Assembly: GCA_964428315.1 (NCBI GenBank)
Contig: CAYRXT010000009.1
Location: forward strand, 4,514 to 68,513
DNA: 64,000 bases
Reading direction: 5' to 3'
DNA from: an uncultured Planctomycetales bacterium
GTDB taxonomy: Bacteria > Omnitrophota > Gorgyraeia > Zapsychrales > CAYRXT01
Shown here in pieces: positions 9,282-18,479 of the stretch. Position numbers and translations under genes: made by a program. Every line of letters starts with the position of its first letter. Position 1 is the stretch's first letter. Under the pieces are notes generated by a model, which searched no databases, was not told the origin of the DNA, and saw nothing but the letters and a program-made list of their open reading frames with translations.

Positions 9282-11435
9282 ATGAAATCCCCATCTCCAG
9301 CACGCAGTCTTATCCTCGGAATCGTTATCGCGTCTTGGATGGTGCCTTCGGCCGCGTCGGCCGACGCTGTCTATGAGACCCATACACAGGCCGAGTTGAT
9401 TGCCGAAGAACGCTCTGTCCAGCCGGGCCGGCCGTTTTGGGTCGCCCTGCGGCTGTCCATGGATGAAGATTGGCACACCTACTGGCGCAATCCCGGCGAT
9501 TCGGGATTGGCGACCAGCGTCCGCTGGGATCTTCCCCAAGGATTTCAATCCGGTCCTCTCCAATGGCCTTATCCGCAAGAGATCACCTTCGAGCCTTTAA
9601 CCAGCTACGGATACGAAGGAGAGGTCCTTCTCCTTACGAAGATTACACCTCCTTTGACGATACAAAAAGGAGAGACAGAACTGCGTGCACGGGTGTCATG
9701 GCTGGCCTGCAGGGTCGAGTGTGTCCCCGGCCAGGCGGATCTCGTTCTGAACATTCCTGTCAAGGAAAAGGCCCCGCAGCGCGATCCCCGCTGGATCGAG
9801 GGCTTTGACCTCACGCGCCGTAAACTGCCCCTTTCCGAAAGCGGCTGGAAGATTCGGGTGGAAGAAACAGAAGGAGACCTGGTCTTTCTCCTTGCTCCGC
9901 CGTCATGGGGCCAATATAAGGTCGATGGCATCCGTTTCTTTCCCTATCGCGACGATCTTATCCGTCACGACGGAAAGCAAACCCTTAACAGGGGAGAGAC
10001 AGGATACCGGCTTGTTGTGTCCAAGTCGCATATTGCGCCGAAGACCATCGAAAAGATCCAGGGGATTCTCGTTTCCACCGAAGGCTGGAAGGGCTACGGA
10101 TCCCGAAGGTCACTCCTGGTCGATGAACAGGTCGAAGACAACGTTGAGAATCCTCCGGCGGGCCCCGGCCCTGCGACAGTGAAGTATCTGATCCCGGTCG
10201 TCTTTGCCTTCTTGGGCGGCATTCTCCTCAATGTCATGCCCTGTGTGTTACCGATTCTTTCGATCAAGGTCCTCCATTTCGTGAAGCAGGCCGACGAGGA
10301 CAGGCGCCGCATCTGGAGGCATGGTCTGACATTTTCTTTAGGCATATTGACGGCGTTTTGGATCCTCGCCGGTATTCTTGTTGCCCTTCGCGCGGGTGGT
10401 CAGAGACTGGGATGGGGCTTCCAGCTTCAGTCCCCGGTCTTTGTGGCCTTCCTCGCCGTCTTGTTTTTTGTCCTGGGCATGAACCTCTTCGGCGTGTTCG
10501 AGATCGGGACAACCTTTGCCCGATTGGGCCGGCCGCGGGCATTCGCCAAAAGCCGGTACACGGAAAGTTTTCTCAGCGGCATGCTGACCACCGTCGTCGC
10601 AACTCCGTGTACCGCGCCGTTTATGGGGACGGCGCTGGGGGTCGCGTTGACACAGGGATCTGTTTTTTCCCGGGTCGTTTTCACGTCGCTGGGATTGGGA
10701 TTATCTCTGCCCTATTTGATCTTGTCCCGGTTCCCCGGACTGGTGGGGCACGTCCCGCGGCCGGGACCATGGATGGTAAGGTTGAAACAGTTCCTCGGTT
10801 TCTTTCTTATGGCCACGGTCGTCTGGCTGATGGGCCTTTTGGGGCTCCAGAAAGGCGTCCAGGCCATGACCCTGCTGTCCCTTGGTCTGGTGATTATCGG
10901 ACTGGGCGGCTGGGTTCTGGGCGCGTGGACCCAGCCGGCGGTGGAACCGAAGATAAAATATCTCGCCCGGGCCGGCGCGCTGATCCTGTTTATCGTTGGA
11001 TTTTTATCGGGATGGAAGGGCGCGACCCTTAAGACCGACGGGCCTGTGACGCGTCCCGATGACAAGACGGGTGTCATTGCCTGGCAGGCGTATTCCCCCG
11101 AGTTGATACAGCGTGAACGCAAGAACGGACGGATCATCTTTGCAGATTTCACGGCCGCGTGGTGTTTCACCTGTCAGGTCAATGAAAGAATCACTTTACA
11201 GGACCCGCAGGTTGTGCAAAAATTCCAGCAACTGGACGTTGTCCCTGTTAAAGGGGACTGGACCTCGCAGGATGAGAGCGTCAGCCTGGCCCTGGAGAGT
11301 TTCGGCCGGACCAGCGTTCCGCTTTATGTCGTCTATCCCAAAGATGAACAAGAGGAGCCGTTTCTCCTGCCGGAAATTATAACACCGCGCATTGTCCTCC
11401 AGGCGCTGGAAAAGGCGAATAACGCGAAAGAATAA
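9282..11435 (+). CDS. DsbD/ScsB-family thiol:disulfide interchange protein
   Basis: WHTYWRNPGDSG, CRVECVP, NVMPCVLPILSIK, ATPCTAPFMG, C-terminal thioredoxin FTAAWCFTC. Confidence 0.92.
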   Translation: MKSPSPARSLILGIVIASWMVPSAASADAVYETHTQAELIAEERSVQPGRPFWVALRLSMDEDWHTYWRNPGDSGLATSVRWDLPQGFQSGPLQWPYPQEITFEPLTSYGYEGEVLLLTKITPPLTIQKGETELRARVSWLACRVECVPGQADLVLNIPVKEKAPQRDPRWIEGFDLTRRKLPLSESGWKIRVEETEGDLVFLLAPPSWGQYKVDGIRFFPYRDDLIRHDGKQTLNRGETGYRLVVSKSHIAPKTIEKIQGILVSTEGWKGYGSRRSLLVDEQVEDNVENPPAGPGPATVKYLIPVVFAFLGGILLNVMPCVLPILSIKVLHFVKQADEDRRRIWRHGLTFSLGILTAFWILAGILVALRAGGQRLGWGFQLQSPVFVAFLAVLFFVLGMNLFGVFEIGTTFARLGRPRAFAKSRYTESFLSGMLTTVVATPCTAPFMGTALGVALTQGSVFSRVVFTSLGLGLSLPYLILSRFPGLVGHVPRPGPWMVRLKQFLGFFLMATVVWLMGLLGLQKGVQAMTLLSLGLVIIGLGGWVLGAWTQPAVEPKIKYLARAGALILFIVGFLSGWKGATLKTDGPVTRPDDKTGVIAWQAYSPELIQRERKNGRIIFADFTAAWCFTCQVNERITLQDPQVVQKFQQLDVVPVKGDWTSQDESVSLALESFGRTSVPLYVVYPKDEQEEPFLLPEIITPRIVLQALEKANNAKE

Positions 11436-11453
11436 TTGGGAAAGGAGCAGAAA

Positions 11454-12065
11454 GTGAAACGATTACTCCATGAGTTTTTCGTGTGTTTGGCTTTGATAAG
11501 CTTGACGGGCGGTGCGGCCCGTGCGGAGGCCATAATAGGGGAGGGAGCGCCAGATTTCTCCCTTCTTGATACCCAAGGAAGGGAACACGCATTGTCCGAT
11601 TACCGGGGACAGTTCGTTGTCCTGGAATGGACCAGCCATCAATGTCCGTTTGTCCGCAAGCATTACGACAGCGGCAATATGCAGAAGATCCAGGAGGACT
11701 ATACCGGCAAGGGAGTATCCTGGTTTACGATCATTTCTTCGGCGCCGGGCAAGCAGGGTTCTTTGTCCGCGGAGGAAGCGCGACAGGTTGCGGATGAAAA
11801 CGAGTCGAAGGCCATGGCCGTACTCTTGGATCCGGAGGGAACGGTCGGCCGTCTTTATGAAGCCAAGGCGACGCCGCATATGTATGTCATAGATCCCGAC
11901 GGCGTTCTGCTTTATCAGGGCGCCATCGACAGCATCCCCAGCGCCGACCCGGCCGATATCCGCGAGGCGGAAAATTATGTGAAGGCCGCGCTCGACGCGG
12001 CCATGGCCGGCAAAGAGGTTGACGTGACGGCCACCAAGGCCTACGGATGTTCGGTCAAGTACTGA
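11454..12065 (+). CDS. Exported redoxin/peroxiredoxin (AhpC/TSA, PprX-like)
   Basis: GTG start after AAGGAG; APDFSL, EWTSHQCPFVRKHY, TPHMYVID, YQGAID, YGCSVKY. Confidence 0.88.
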   Translation: MKRLLHEFFVCLALISLTGGAARAEAIIGEGAPDFSLLDTQGREHALSDYRGQFVVLEWTSHQCPFVRKHYDSGNMQKIQEDYTGKGVSWFTIISSAPGKQGSLSAEEARQVADENESKAMAVLLDPEGTVGRLYEAKATPHMYVIDPDGVLLYQGAIDSIPSADPADIREAENYVKAALDAAMAGKEVDVTATKAYGCSVKY

Positions 12066-12087
12066 AGTTTGGTTTGAGGGGATCACA

Positions 12088-12291
12088 ATGACTGCGTCAA
12101 GAATCAGAGTCATCCTGCGGTGGACGCATATTGCAATCGGTCTTTTCCTTTTGTGTTATATCTATTCGCCTTTTGGACGCCATGTTGCCTTTAGGACGCT
12201 TATCCGCTGGATAGCCGTCCCGGTCGTCGTCCTGACAGGCCTGTGGTTATGGAAGTTTCCTCAGTTCAACAGATTCTTCCGGATTAAATAA
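12088..12291 (+). CDS. Small hypothetical membrane protein
   Basis: RBS GAGGGG; two hydrophobic helices (RWTH...YIYSP...TGLWLW). Confidence 0.7.
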   Translation: MTASRIRVILRWTHIAIGLFLLCYIYSPFGRHVAFRTLIRWIAVPVVVLTGLWLWKFPQFNRFFRIK

Positions 12292-12305
12292 AAGGGGAAA
12301 CGGGC

Positions 12306-13229
12306 ATGGAACCTTACGGCATTGCGCATTATTTGGGGCTTTATGCAAAAGGGATCTGCATGGGTATAGCCAATATTATCCCCGGGGTATCCGGGGGCAC
12401 CATGGCTTTTATCCTGGGGATCTACGAAAAGCTGATGGTATCGGCGAAATCCTTCGATGCCAAGTTTTTTGGCATGGTTTGCCGGGGCCGGCTGATATCG
12501 GCCTTTGCCTATGTGCAGGGCCGGTTTTTATCGGCTGTGCTCCTGGGGATATTGACGGCGACCCTGGGCCTGTCCAGGGTCATAAGCTGGCTTCTGGAAA
12601 ACCAGATGAGTTACACCTACGCCTTTTTCTTCGGCCTAATTCTGGCGGCGGGGATTATTATCTGGCGGGACCTCATGCGGAAGGACCGCCTGACTTATCT
12701 TCTCGCCCTGGCCAGCGTGCTGGTTTCTTTCCGGTTCGTGGGGCTCGTGCCGGTTTCGACACCCGAGACGAATGTGCTTATATTTTTTAGCGGGATGGTC
12801 GCGATGGCGGCCATGATCCTTCCGGGGATTTCCGGGGCGTTCATCCTCCTTTTACTGGGGAAGTACCAGTTGATCCTCGAGGCCATCAACAACAGGGATC
12901 TGGCCGTGTTGGGCGTGTTTGCCGTCGGGGCAGGCGCGGGGGTGCTGGCTTTTGCCCGCCTTATCCATTGGCTGCTGAAACACTGCTATACGCAGACGAT
13001 GGCGGTCCTCACCGGATTGATGCTGGGGTCCCTGCGCAAACTCTGGCCCTGGAAGAAGACCCTGTTGACCATGATAGAACCCTCCGGCGAAGTTGTCCCG
13101 GTGCTGGAGAGAAATATCCTGCCGTCTGCGTGGGAGTACCCCGTCATCATGGCCGTGATCTCGATGACGGCGGGGCTTGCCGTCGGACTCTTGCTGGAGA
13201 ACTGGGCGAAGCTGAAAGAAAAAGAATAG
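12306..13229 (+). CDS. DUF368 family membrane protein
   Basis: KGICMGIANIIPGVSGGTMA, AMILPGISG, GSLRKLWPW. Confidence 0.9.
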   Translation: MEPYGIAHYLGLYAKGICMGIANIIPGVSGGTMAFILGIYEKLMVSAKSFDAKFFGMVCRGRLISAFAYVQGRFLSAVLLGILTATLGLSRVISWLLENQMSYTYAFFFGLILAAGIIIWRDLMRKDRLTYLLALASVLVSFRFVGLVPVSTPETNVLIFFSGMVAMAAMILPGISGAFILLLLGKYQLILEAINNRDLAVLGVFAVGAGAGVLAFARLIHWLLKHCYTQTMAVLTGLMLGSLRKLWPWKKTLLTMIEPSGEVVPVLERNILPSAWEYPVIMAVISMTAGLAVGLLLENWAKLKEKE

Positions 13230-13303
13230 AGAATATCGTTGTGCTTGCGGTGTTCTCTGACTAAAATTTAGAAAGAGATAAACCGGAAAACAAGGGGACG
13301 GCC

Positions 13304-13672
13304 ATGCCGAAAGTTTTCGTTAGTGTATGCACGGGTTTTCTCGTTTTGTTTGTGGGCGCGGCGGGAGTCAGGGCCCAGTCACGGGAAGGGGAATTCATCG
13401 CCAATGAATGGGACAGGGAGGTCCTCAACAAGGCCCATACACCGATAAAAAAATGGGACGACGGGCAAGATCCTTTCGCGCTCAGGCTGAACGAGGCGTA
13501 TGTCGAAGACATTGAAGAGATGGCCCATCTTCCTCTTAGGTATCATGAGGAAGACGGAAAGATAGATTTTGACGATGTCCTGGAAAGTCAGAAAGAGATC
13601 AAGGGACATGACAGCCGGCAGCAGCCTGTCTATTATTCCGAAGACGGCTACCTGATGCGGAATACCGACTGA
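13304..13672 (+). CDS. Hypothetical exported protein
   Basis: Signal-peptide-like N-terminus (..VRA|QS), RBS AAGGGG, acidic mature region. Confidence 0.65.
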   Translation: MPKVFVSVCTGFLVLFVGAAGVRAQSREGEFIANEWDREVLNKAHTPIKKWDDGQDPFALRLNEAYVEDIEEMAHLPLRYHEEDGKIDFDDVLESQKEIKGHDSRQQPVYYSEDGYLMRNTD

Positions 13673-13748
13673 AGTTTTTCTTTATTAAGCCTCACATGAC
13701 CTCCGGCCCGACCGCGCAGGCGGAGGATCTTTCTCCCATAGACAACCT

Positions 13749-15791
13749 ATGAACCGTTATGTTTGCCTCCACGGACACTTTTACCAGCCCCCACGGGAAA
13801 ATCCCTGGCTAGGAGAAATCGAACAGCAGCCCTCGGCCTTTCCTTTCCATGACTGGAATGAGCGGATTGCTTCGGAATGCTACGCCCCCAATACGCATTC
13901 CCCCGTCATGAATATCCACTCCAAGATCATCGATGTTGTCAACAATTATCATTACATGAGTTTCAATTTTGGCCCTACGCTGTTATCCTGGATGGAACGG
14001 CATCAGCCCTATGTTTACCGCCTTATCATCGATGCCGACCAGTATTCGCGGCAGAGATACGGCGGTCACGGATCCGCACTGGCCCAGGCCTACGGGCATC
14101 TGATTATGCCTTTGGCAAGCGGGCGCGATAAACGCACACAGGTGATCTGGGGTATCCGGGACTTCGAGCACCGGTTCGGCCGGCGGCCGGAAGGCATGTG
14201 GTTGCCCGAAACGGCGGTGGATACCGCTTCGCTGGAAATTCTTGCCGGAGAGGGCATCGCGTTTACGGTCCTTTCACCTTTCCAGGCAGGACGGGTGCGC
14301 CAAATCGGGGAGGAGAAGTGGACAGATGTCCGCGGCGGCCGTATCGATCCCCGCAAAAGCTATATTTGCCGTCTGCCTTCCGGAAAAACCTTGGCCTTGT
14401 TCTTTTATCACGGGTCTTTATCTCATGAAGTTGCCTTCGGGGGGCTGCTTAATAACGGGGAGGGGCTTGCTGCAAAGATCCGGTCCAGTTTTTCGAGTCA
14501 AACAGCCCAGAAAGAGCTTGTCCATCTGGCGGCCGACGGGGAAACATTCGGCCATCACCACAGGCTGGGGGACATGGCCCTGGCCTACTGCTTTTATGTC
14601 CTGGAGCAGGACCCTTCCGTCAAGATCATTAACTACGGGGAATTCCTTTCTCTGGCCCCTCCGGCAAGCGAGGTGGAAATCATCGAGAACAGTTCTTGGA
14701 GCTGTGCCCACGGTGTGGAACGGTGGCGCGATGATTGCGGATGCGGGAAAGAGTCGCATCCCGACTGGGACCAGAAATGGCGCAAGGGCCTTCGAAACGC
14801 CCTGGATGAATTGCGCGACCGCCTCGATGAACTGTATTGCGCCCATATGCGGCCCATCACGGCTGATCCCTGGTGTGTGCGGGACGATTATATTGATCTT
14901 ATCTTTGACCGGTCGGAAGAATTCCGGGAGAGCTTTATCAGCCGAAATGCCGGTAATGAGATCTCCCCGACGAAAAGAATGAAGATACTAAAACTTCTGG
15001 AGATGCAGCGTTACCGCATGATGATGTTTACCAGCTGCGGATGGTTTTTTGATGACGTCTCCCGGATAGAGTCAATTCAGGTTTTGCAATATGCCGCCCG
15101 TGCGATACAATTGGCTAAAGAGGTCTTTGGGAGATCTTTCGAAACGCCCTTTCTGCGAAGTTTGAAACAGGCCGCGAGCAACGAACCGCAATGGAAAAAT
15201 GCCGCCCACATCTACCGAAAGGCCGTGAAACCCAAGATGGTCTATTCCTTCGAAAGCGAGATTATCTTTACGGGCTCCCTGGCGGGCAAGACGGCCGTAC
15301 TGTCCCGGTATCTTTGTGTCGCCGTGCGTTGTCAGATCCGCAGGGCCGCCGGGACGGCGCGTCTTTGGATGCGGCGGCTACTCGCGCTTTACCGAAGATA
15401 TGCGTTAAACAAATATATCCATCAGTGTCTGCAGGCCGAGGCTCCGGACCTGGACAAACTGGCCGGGTACTTCGCGCAGGCCAGCCGGCATGCGGTCCGT
15501 CTTGAGCTTTCGGTCATAGCCTTTCTGTCCTCCCAGCGGATCCGGGAGTTCATGTTTCGTTTGAGGGAGGAATCCGACAACCTGGAGCTTATGGAGTATA
15601 TCGGCTCATTCATCGCGATCGTCAAACGGAACAAAGTCCAGCCGGATCTCTGGCATGCCCAGGGCATATATTTTGTCATCGGGAAGGATAAACGGAAAAC
15701 CATGCAGGCCAAATCGCAGCATGGAGATTTTCGCGCCAAGTCGTGGCTTGAACAGTTTTCCCGTTTAAATGAACACCTCCAGGTGGATTAG
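13749..15791 (+). CDS. Glycoside hydrolase family 57 protein with DUF3536
   Basis: HGHFYQPPRENPW, SFNFGPTL, GMWLPETAV, DGETFGHH, SSWSCAHGVERW, MFTSCGWFFD. Confidence 0.92.
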   Translation: MNRYVCLHGHFYQPPRENPWLGEIEQQPSAFPFHDWNERIASECYAPNTHSPVMNIHSKIIDVVNNYHYMSFNFGPTLLSWMERHQPYVYRLIIDADQYSRQRYGGHGSALAQAYGHLIMPLASGRDKRTQVIWGIRDFEHRFGRRPEGMWLPETAVDTASLEILAGEGIAFTVLSPFQAGRVRQIGEEKWTDVRGGRIDPRKSYICRLPSGKTLALFFYHGSLSHEVAFGGLLNNGEGLAAKIRSSFSSQTAQKELVHLAADGETFGHHHRLGDMALAYCFYVLEQDPSVKIINYGEFLSLAPPASEVEIIENSSWSCAHGVERWRDDCGCGKESHPDWDQKWRKGLRNALDELRDRLDELYCAHMRPITADPWCVRDDYIDLIFDRSEEFRESFISRNAGNEISPTKRMKILKLLEMQRYRMMMFTSCGWFFDDVSRIESIQVLQYAARAIQLAKEVFGRSFETPFLRSLKQAASNEPQWKNAAHIYRKAVKPKMVYSFESEIIFTGSLAGKTAVLSRYLCVAVRCQIRRAAGTARLWMRRLLALYRRYALNKYIHQCLQAEAPDLDKLAGYFAQASRHAVRLELSVIAFLSSQRIREFMFRLREESDNLELMEYIGSFIAIVKRNKVQPDLWHAQGIYFVIGKDKRKTMQAKSQHGDFRAKSWLEQFSRLNEHLQVD

Positions 15792-15811
15792 GGTTATACC
15801 TTGAGGGAGAG

Positions 15812-17311
15812 ATGATTCAAGAGAGAAAAAGCGGAATATTACTGCACATTACGTCGTTGCCCGCGGCATACGGCATCGGTGATCTGGGGGAAAAGGCCTG
15901 CTGGTTTGCGGACCGCCTGACCGAAGCGCGGCAGACGCTTTGGCAGGTCCTGCCTATCAATCCCACAGATGGCGCCTCGTACCATTCGCCGTACAGCGCT
16001 CATTCCGTTTTCGCGGGAAACACCCTGCTGGTCAGCCCTCAATCCATGGCGGAAAAGCGATGGATTGACGCAGGTGACCTGCAGGACAAGCCCGTTTTTT
16101 CGGAGGAGAGCGTCGAATTCGATAAGGTTTTGGACTTTAAAGAGGGGCTCTTCCAGAAGGCTTTCGGGAATTTCCAGACAGACAGAGGCAGTCAAAAGGA
16201 TTTTGAAACCTTCTGCCGGAATAACGCGGGTTGGCTGGAGGATTACGTGCTTTATGTTGCGCTCAAAGAGCATTTCGGAGGAAAGGCCTGGTATCAGTGG
16301 CCGCCGGAATACCGGGACCGGCATGAATCCGCGCTGGATGAGATGGCCGCTCGGTATCCCGAACGGCTTCAAAAGGCAAGGTTCCTCCAGTTTGTCTTTT
16401 TTTCACAATGGAACGAACTGAAAAGCTACTGTCTTCAAAAGGGCATCCAGTTGATAGGCGACATGCCGATTTATGTGAGCTATGACAGCGTGGATGTGTG
16501 GACGAATCCGGGATGCTTTAAGCTGAAGGCAAATAAAGATAGGGAATTCTGCGCCGGCGTCCCGCCCGATTATTTCAGTGAAACCGGCCAGCTATGGGGG
16601 AATCCGGTCTATGACTGGGACAAGCTCCGCGAAGATAATTTTTCCTGGTGGATGGCCCGGATTGAACAAAACCTAGCGCTTTTTGACTTCACACGCATCG
16701 ATCATTTCCGCGGGCTTGTCGCGTATTGGGAGATCCCGGCGGAAGAAGAGACGGCGGTGAACGGCCGGTGGGTGAAGGTCCCCGTTGACGATTTTCTTGG
16801 TACCCTGCAGAAACGTTTCCCCGGACTGCCCATCCTTGCGGAAGACCTTGGGATTATTACCGACGACGTGAAGGAGGTCATGAAAAGATACAGGATCCCC
16901 GGCATGAAAGTGCTCCTCTTCGCCTTCAGCGAAGACTTGAAAAAGCACCCTTATCTCCCGCATAATTATGTCAAGAACTGCGTAGCTTATACAGGGACCC
17001 ATGATAATAACACGGCGCGCGGATGGTTCGAAAAAGAGGCCGGTGATAAAGAGAAAAAGAACCTTGAAAAGTATCTGAACAAGCAGGTGACCGCGGAGAC
17101 GGTGAGCCGGGATTTGATCCAACTGGTGATGACATCCAGGGCGAATATCGTTCTTTTTCCTTTGCAGGATATCCTGGGATTGGGGGAGGAGGCGAGGATG
17201 AACCTCCCGGGCACGGGTGAAGGGAACTGGATCTGGCGGTTAAAGCAGGAGAACCTTCAAGCCACGGTCATCGAACGTTTGGCGGATCTGACGCGGGAAA
17301 CGGGCAGATAG
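15812..17311 (+). CDS. malQ: 4-alpha-glucanotransferase (amylomaltase, GH77)
   Basis: SGILLHITSLP, GDMPIYV, GVPPDYFSETGQLWGNP, RIDHFRG, AEDLG, YTGTHDN, RMNLPG. Confidence 0.97.
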   Translation: MIQERKSGILLHITSLPAAYGIGDLGEKACWFADRLTEARQTLWQVLPINPTDGASYHSPYSAHSVFAGNTLLVSPQSMAEKRWIDAGDLQDKPVFSEESVEFDKVLDFKEGLFQKAFGNFQTDRGSQKDFETFCRNNAGWLEDYVLYVALKEHFGGKAWYQWPPEYRDRHESALDEMAARYPERLQKARFLQFVFFSQWNELKSYCLQKGIQLIGDMPIYVSYDSVDVWTNPGCFKLKANKDREFCAGVPPDYFSETGQLWGNPVYDWDKLREDNFSWWMARIEQNLALFDFTRIDHFRGLVAYWEIPAEEETAVNGRWVKVPVDDFLGTLQKRFPGLPILAEDLGIITDDVKEVMKRYRIPGMKVLLFAFSEDLKKHPYLPHNYVKNCVAYTGTHDNNTARGWFEKEAGDKEKKNLEKYLNKQVTAETVSRDLIQLVMTSRANIVLFPLQDILGLGEEARMNLPGTGEGNWIWRLKQENLQATVIERLADLTRETGR

Positions 17312-17314
17312 ACT

Positions 17315-17920
17315 ATGAAGAACAATAAATATATCGTCACCGTGTTTCTCCTGGCCGTTTCGGTTGGCTGTGTTTACGGGGCGCGGTTGATGTCCGGTTA
17401 CGGAAGAGAACCCGAAGGGCAGTCTGCCCGGAGCAAGGGGCATTCCGGAGCGCCGGTGCGGGTGATTGAATATACCGATTTCCAGTGTCCGGCCTGCCGG
17501 CGGGGAGCCGAGACACTGGAAGAATTCGCTTCAGCGCATCCCGAAAAATTCTATGTCGAACACCGTCATTACCCCTTAAAGATGCATCGCCACGCGCTGG
17601 CCGCGTCCATCTTTGCCGAGTGCGCGGCCCGGCAGGACAAATTCTGGGCCTTTCATCATTTGGTTTTTGAAAGACAGCCGCTCTGGGCGGACCGGAGCAA
17701 TCCCCGTCCGATTTTTATGGAGATCGCCGATGAGACGGGATTGGACAAGGAACGATTAGCGCAGTGCGTTTTGCGCGAGGATATCGAAGAAACCGTTAAG
17801 GAGGATAAGGAGAAAGGCCGCGCGCTCGGAGTGCGGTCGACGCCGACGTTTTTCATAAATGAGGAGATGGTCGTGGGATCAATGTCTTTGAAAAAGAAAT
17901 TGAAGGAGATCTTTCCATGA
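17315..17920 (+). CDS. DsbA family thioredoxin-fold protein
   Basis: EYTDFQCPAC, RHYPL, GVRSTPTFFIN. Confidence 0.92.
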   Translation: MKNNKYIVTVFLLAVSVGCVYGARLMSGYGREPEGQSARSKGHSGAPVRVIEYTDFQCPACRRGAETLEEFASAHPEKFYVEHRHYPLKMHRHALAASIFAECAARQDKFWAFHHLVFERQPLWADRSNPRPIFMEIADETGLDKERLAQCVLREDIEETVKEDKEKGRALGVRSTPTFFINEEMVVGSMSLKKKLKEIFP

Positions 17921-18381
17921 AAGATCATGAACGCCTGTTCCCTGTCTTGAGCCTGGCCCGGATTTTTGTGGGCGCGGTTTTTGTGGCCTCCGGTTTCGAA
18001 AAGCTCCTTTTCCCGTATCAGAATTTTTATTATGTGGTTGAGAACTACGATCTGTTGAGCCCTTTCTGGACCATGTGCGTGGCCCGCGTTTTCCCCTGGA
18101 TCGAGTATTTGACCGGGGTTTTCCTTGTCTTTGGGCTCTGGATCCGCCTGGCGGCGCGTTCGGCGATTATCATTTATCTTGTTTTCCTTTTCGTGGTGGG
18201 GCAGGCGATTCTCCGCCGGTTGCCTCTTGATTCGTGCGGATGTTTCGGAGACATGGTCTCGGTTCCGCTTACGGTGATTTTTATTTTTGATATGGTTCTG
18301 CTGGCCTTGGCCTGGATGATTCACAGATCGCCCGCCGGGAGCCGGGTCTTCGGTCTGGACAGATTTTATCAATCCGGGTGA
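17917..18381 (+). CDS. DoxX/MauE family membrane protein
   Basis: RIFVGAVFVASG.EK, PWIE, DSCGCFG. Confidence 0.88.
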   Translation: MKDHERLFPVLSLARIFVGAVFVASGFEKLLFPYQNFYYVVENYDLLSPFWTMCVARVFPWIEYLTGVFLVFGLWIRLAARSAIIIYLVFLFVVGQAILRRLPLDSCGCFGDMVSVPLTVIFIFDMVLLALAWMIHRSPAGSRVFGLDRFYQSG

Positions 18382-18479
18382 GTGGCGCGGCGGGGCAGGG
18401 CAGACAATCGGACATTATGGAGAAGAAGCTAAAAAATTTGGTCTTTCTAACCCGCGCGGAACGCCGTATGAGGGCGAGA

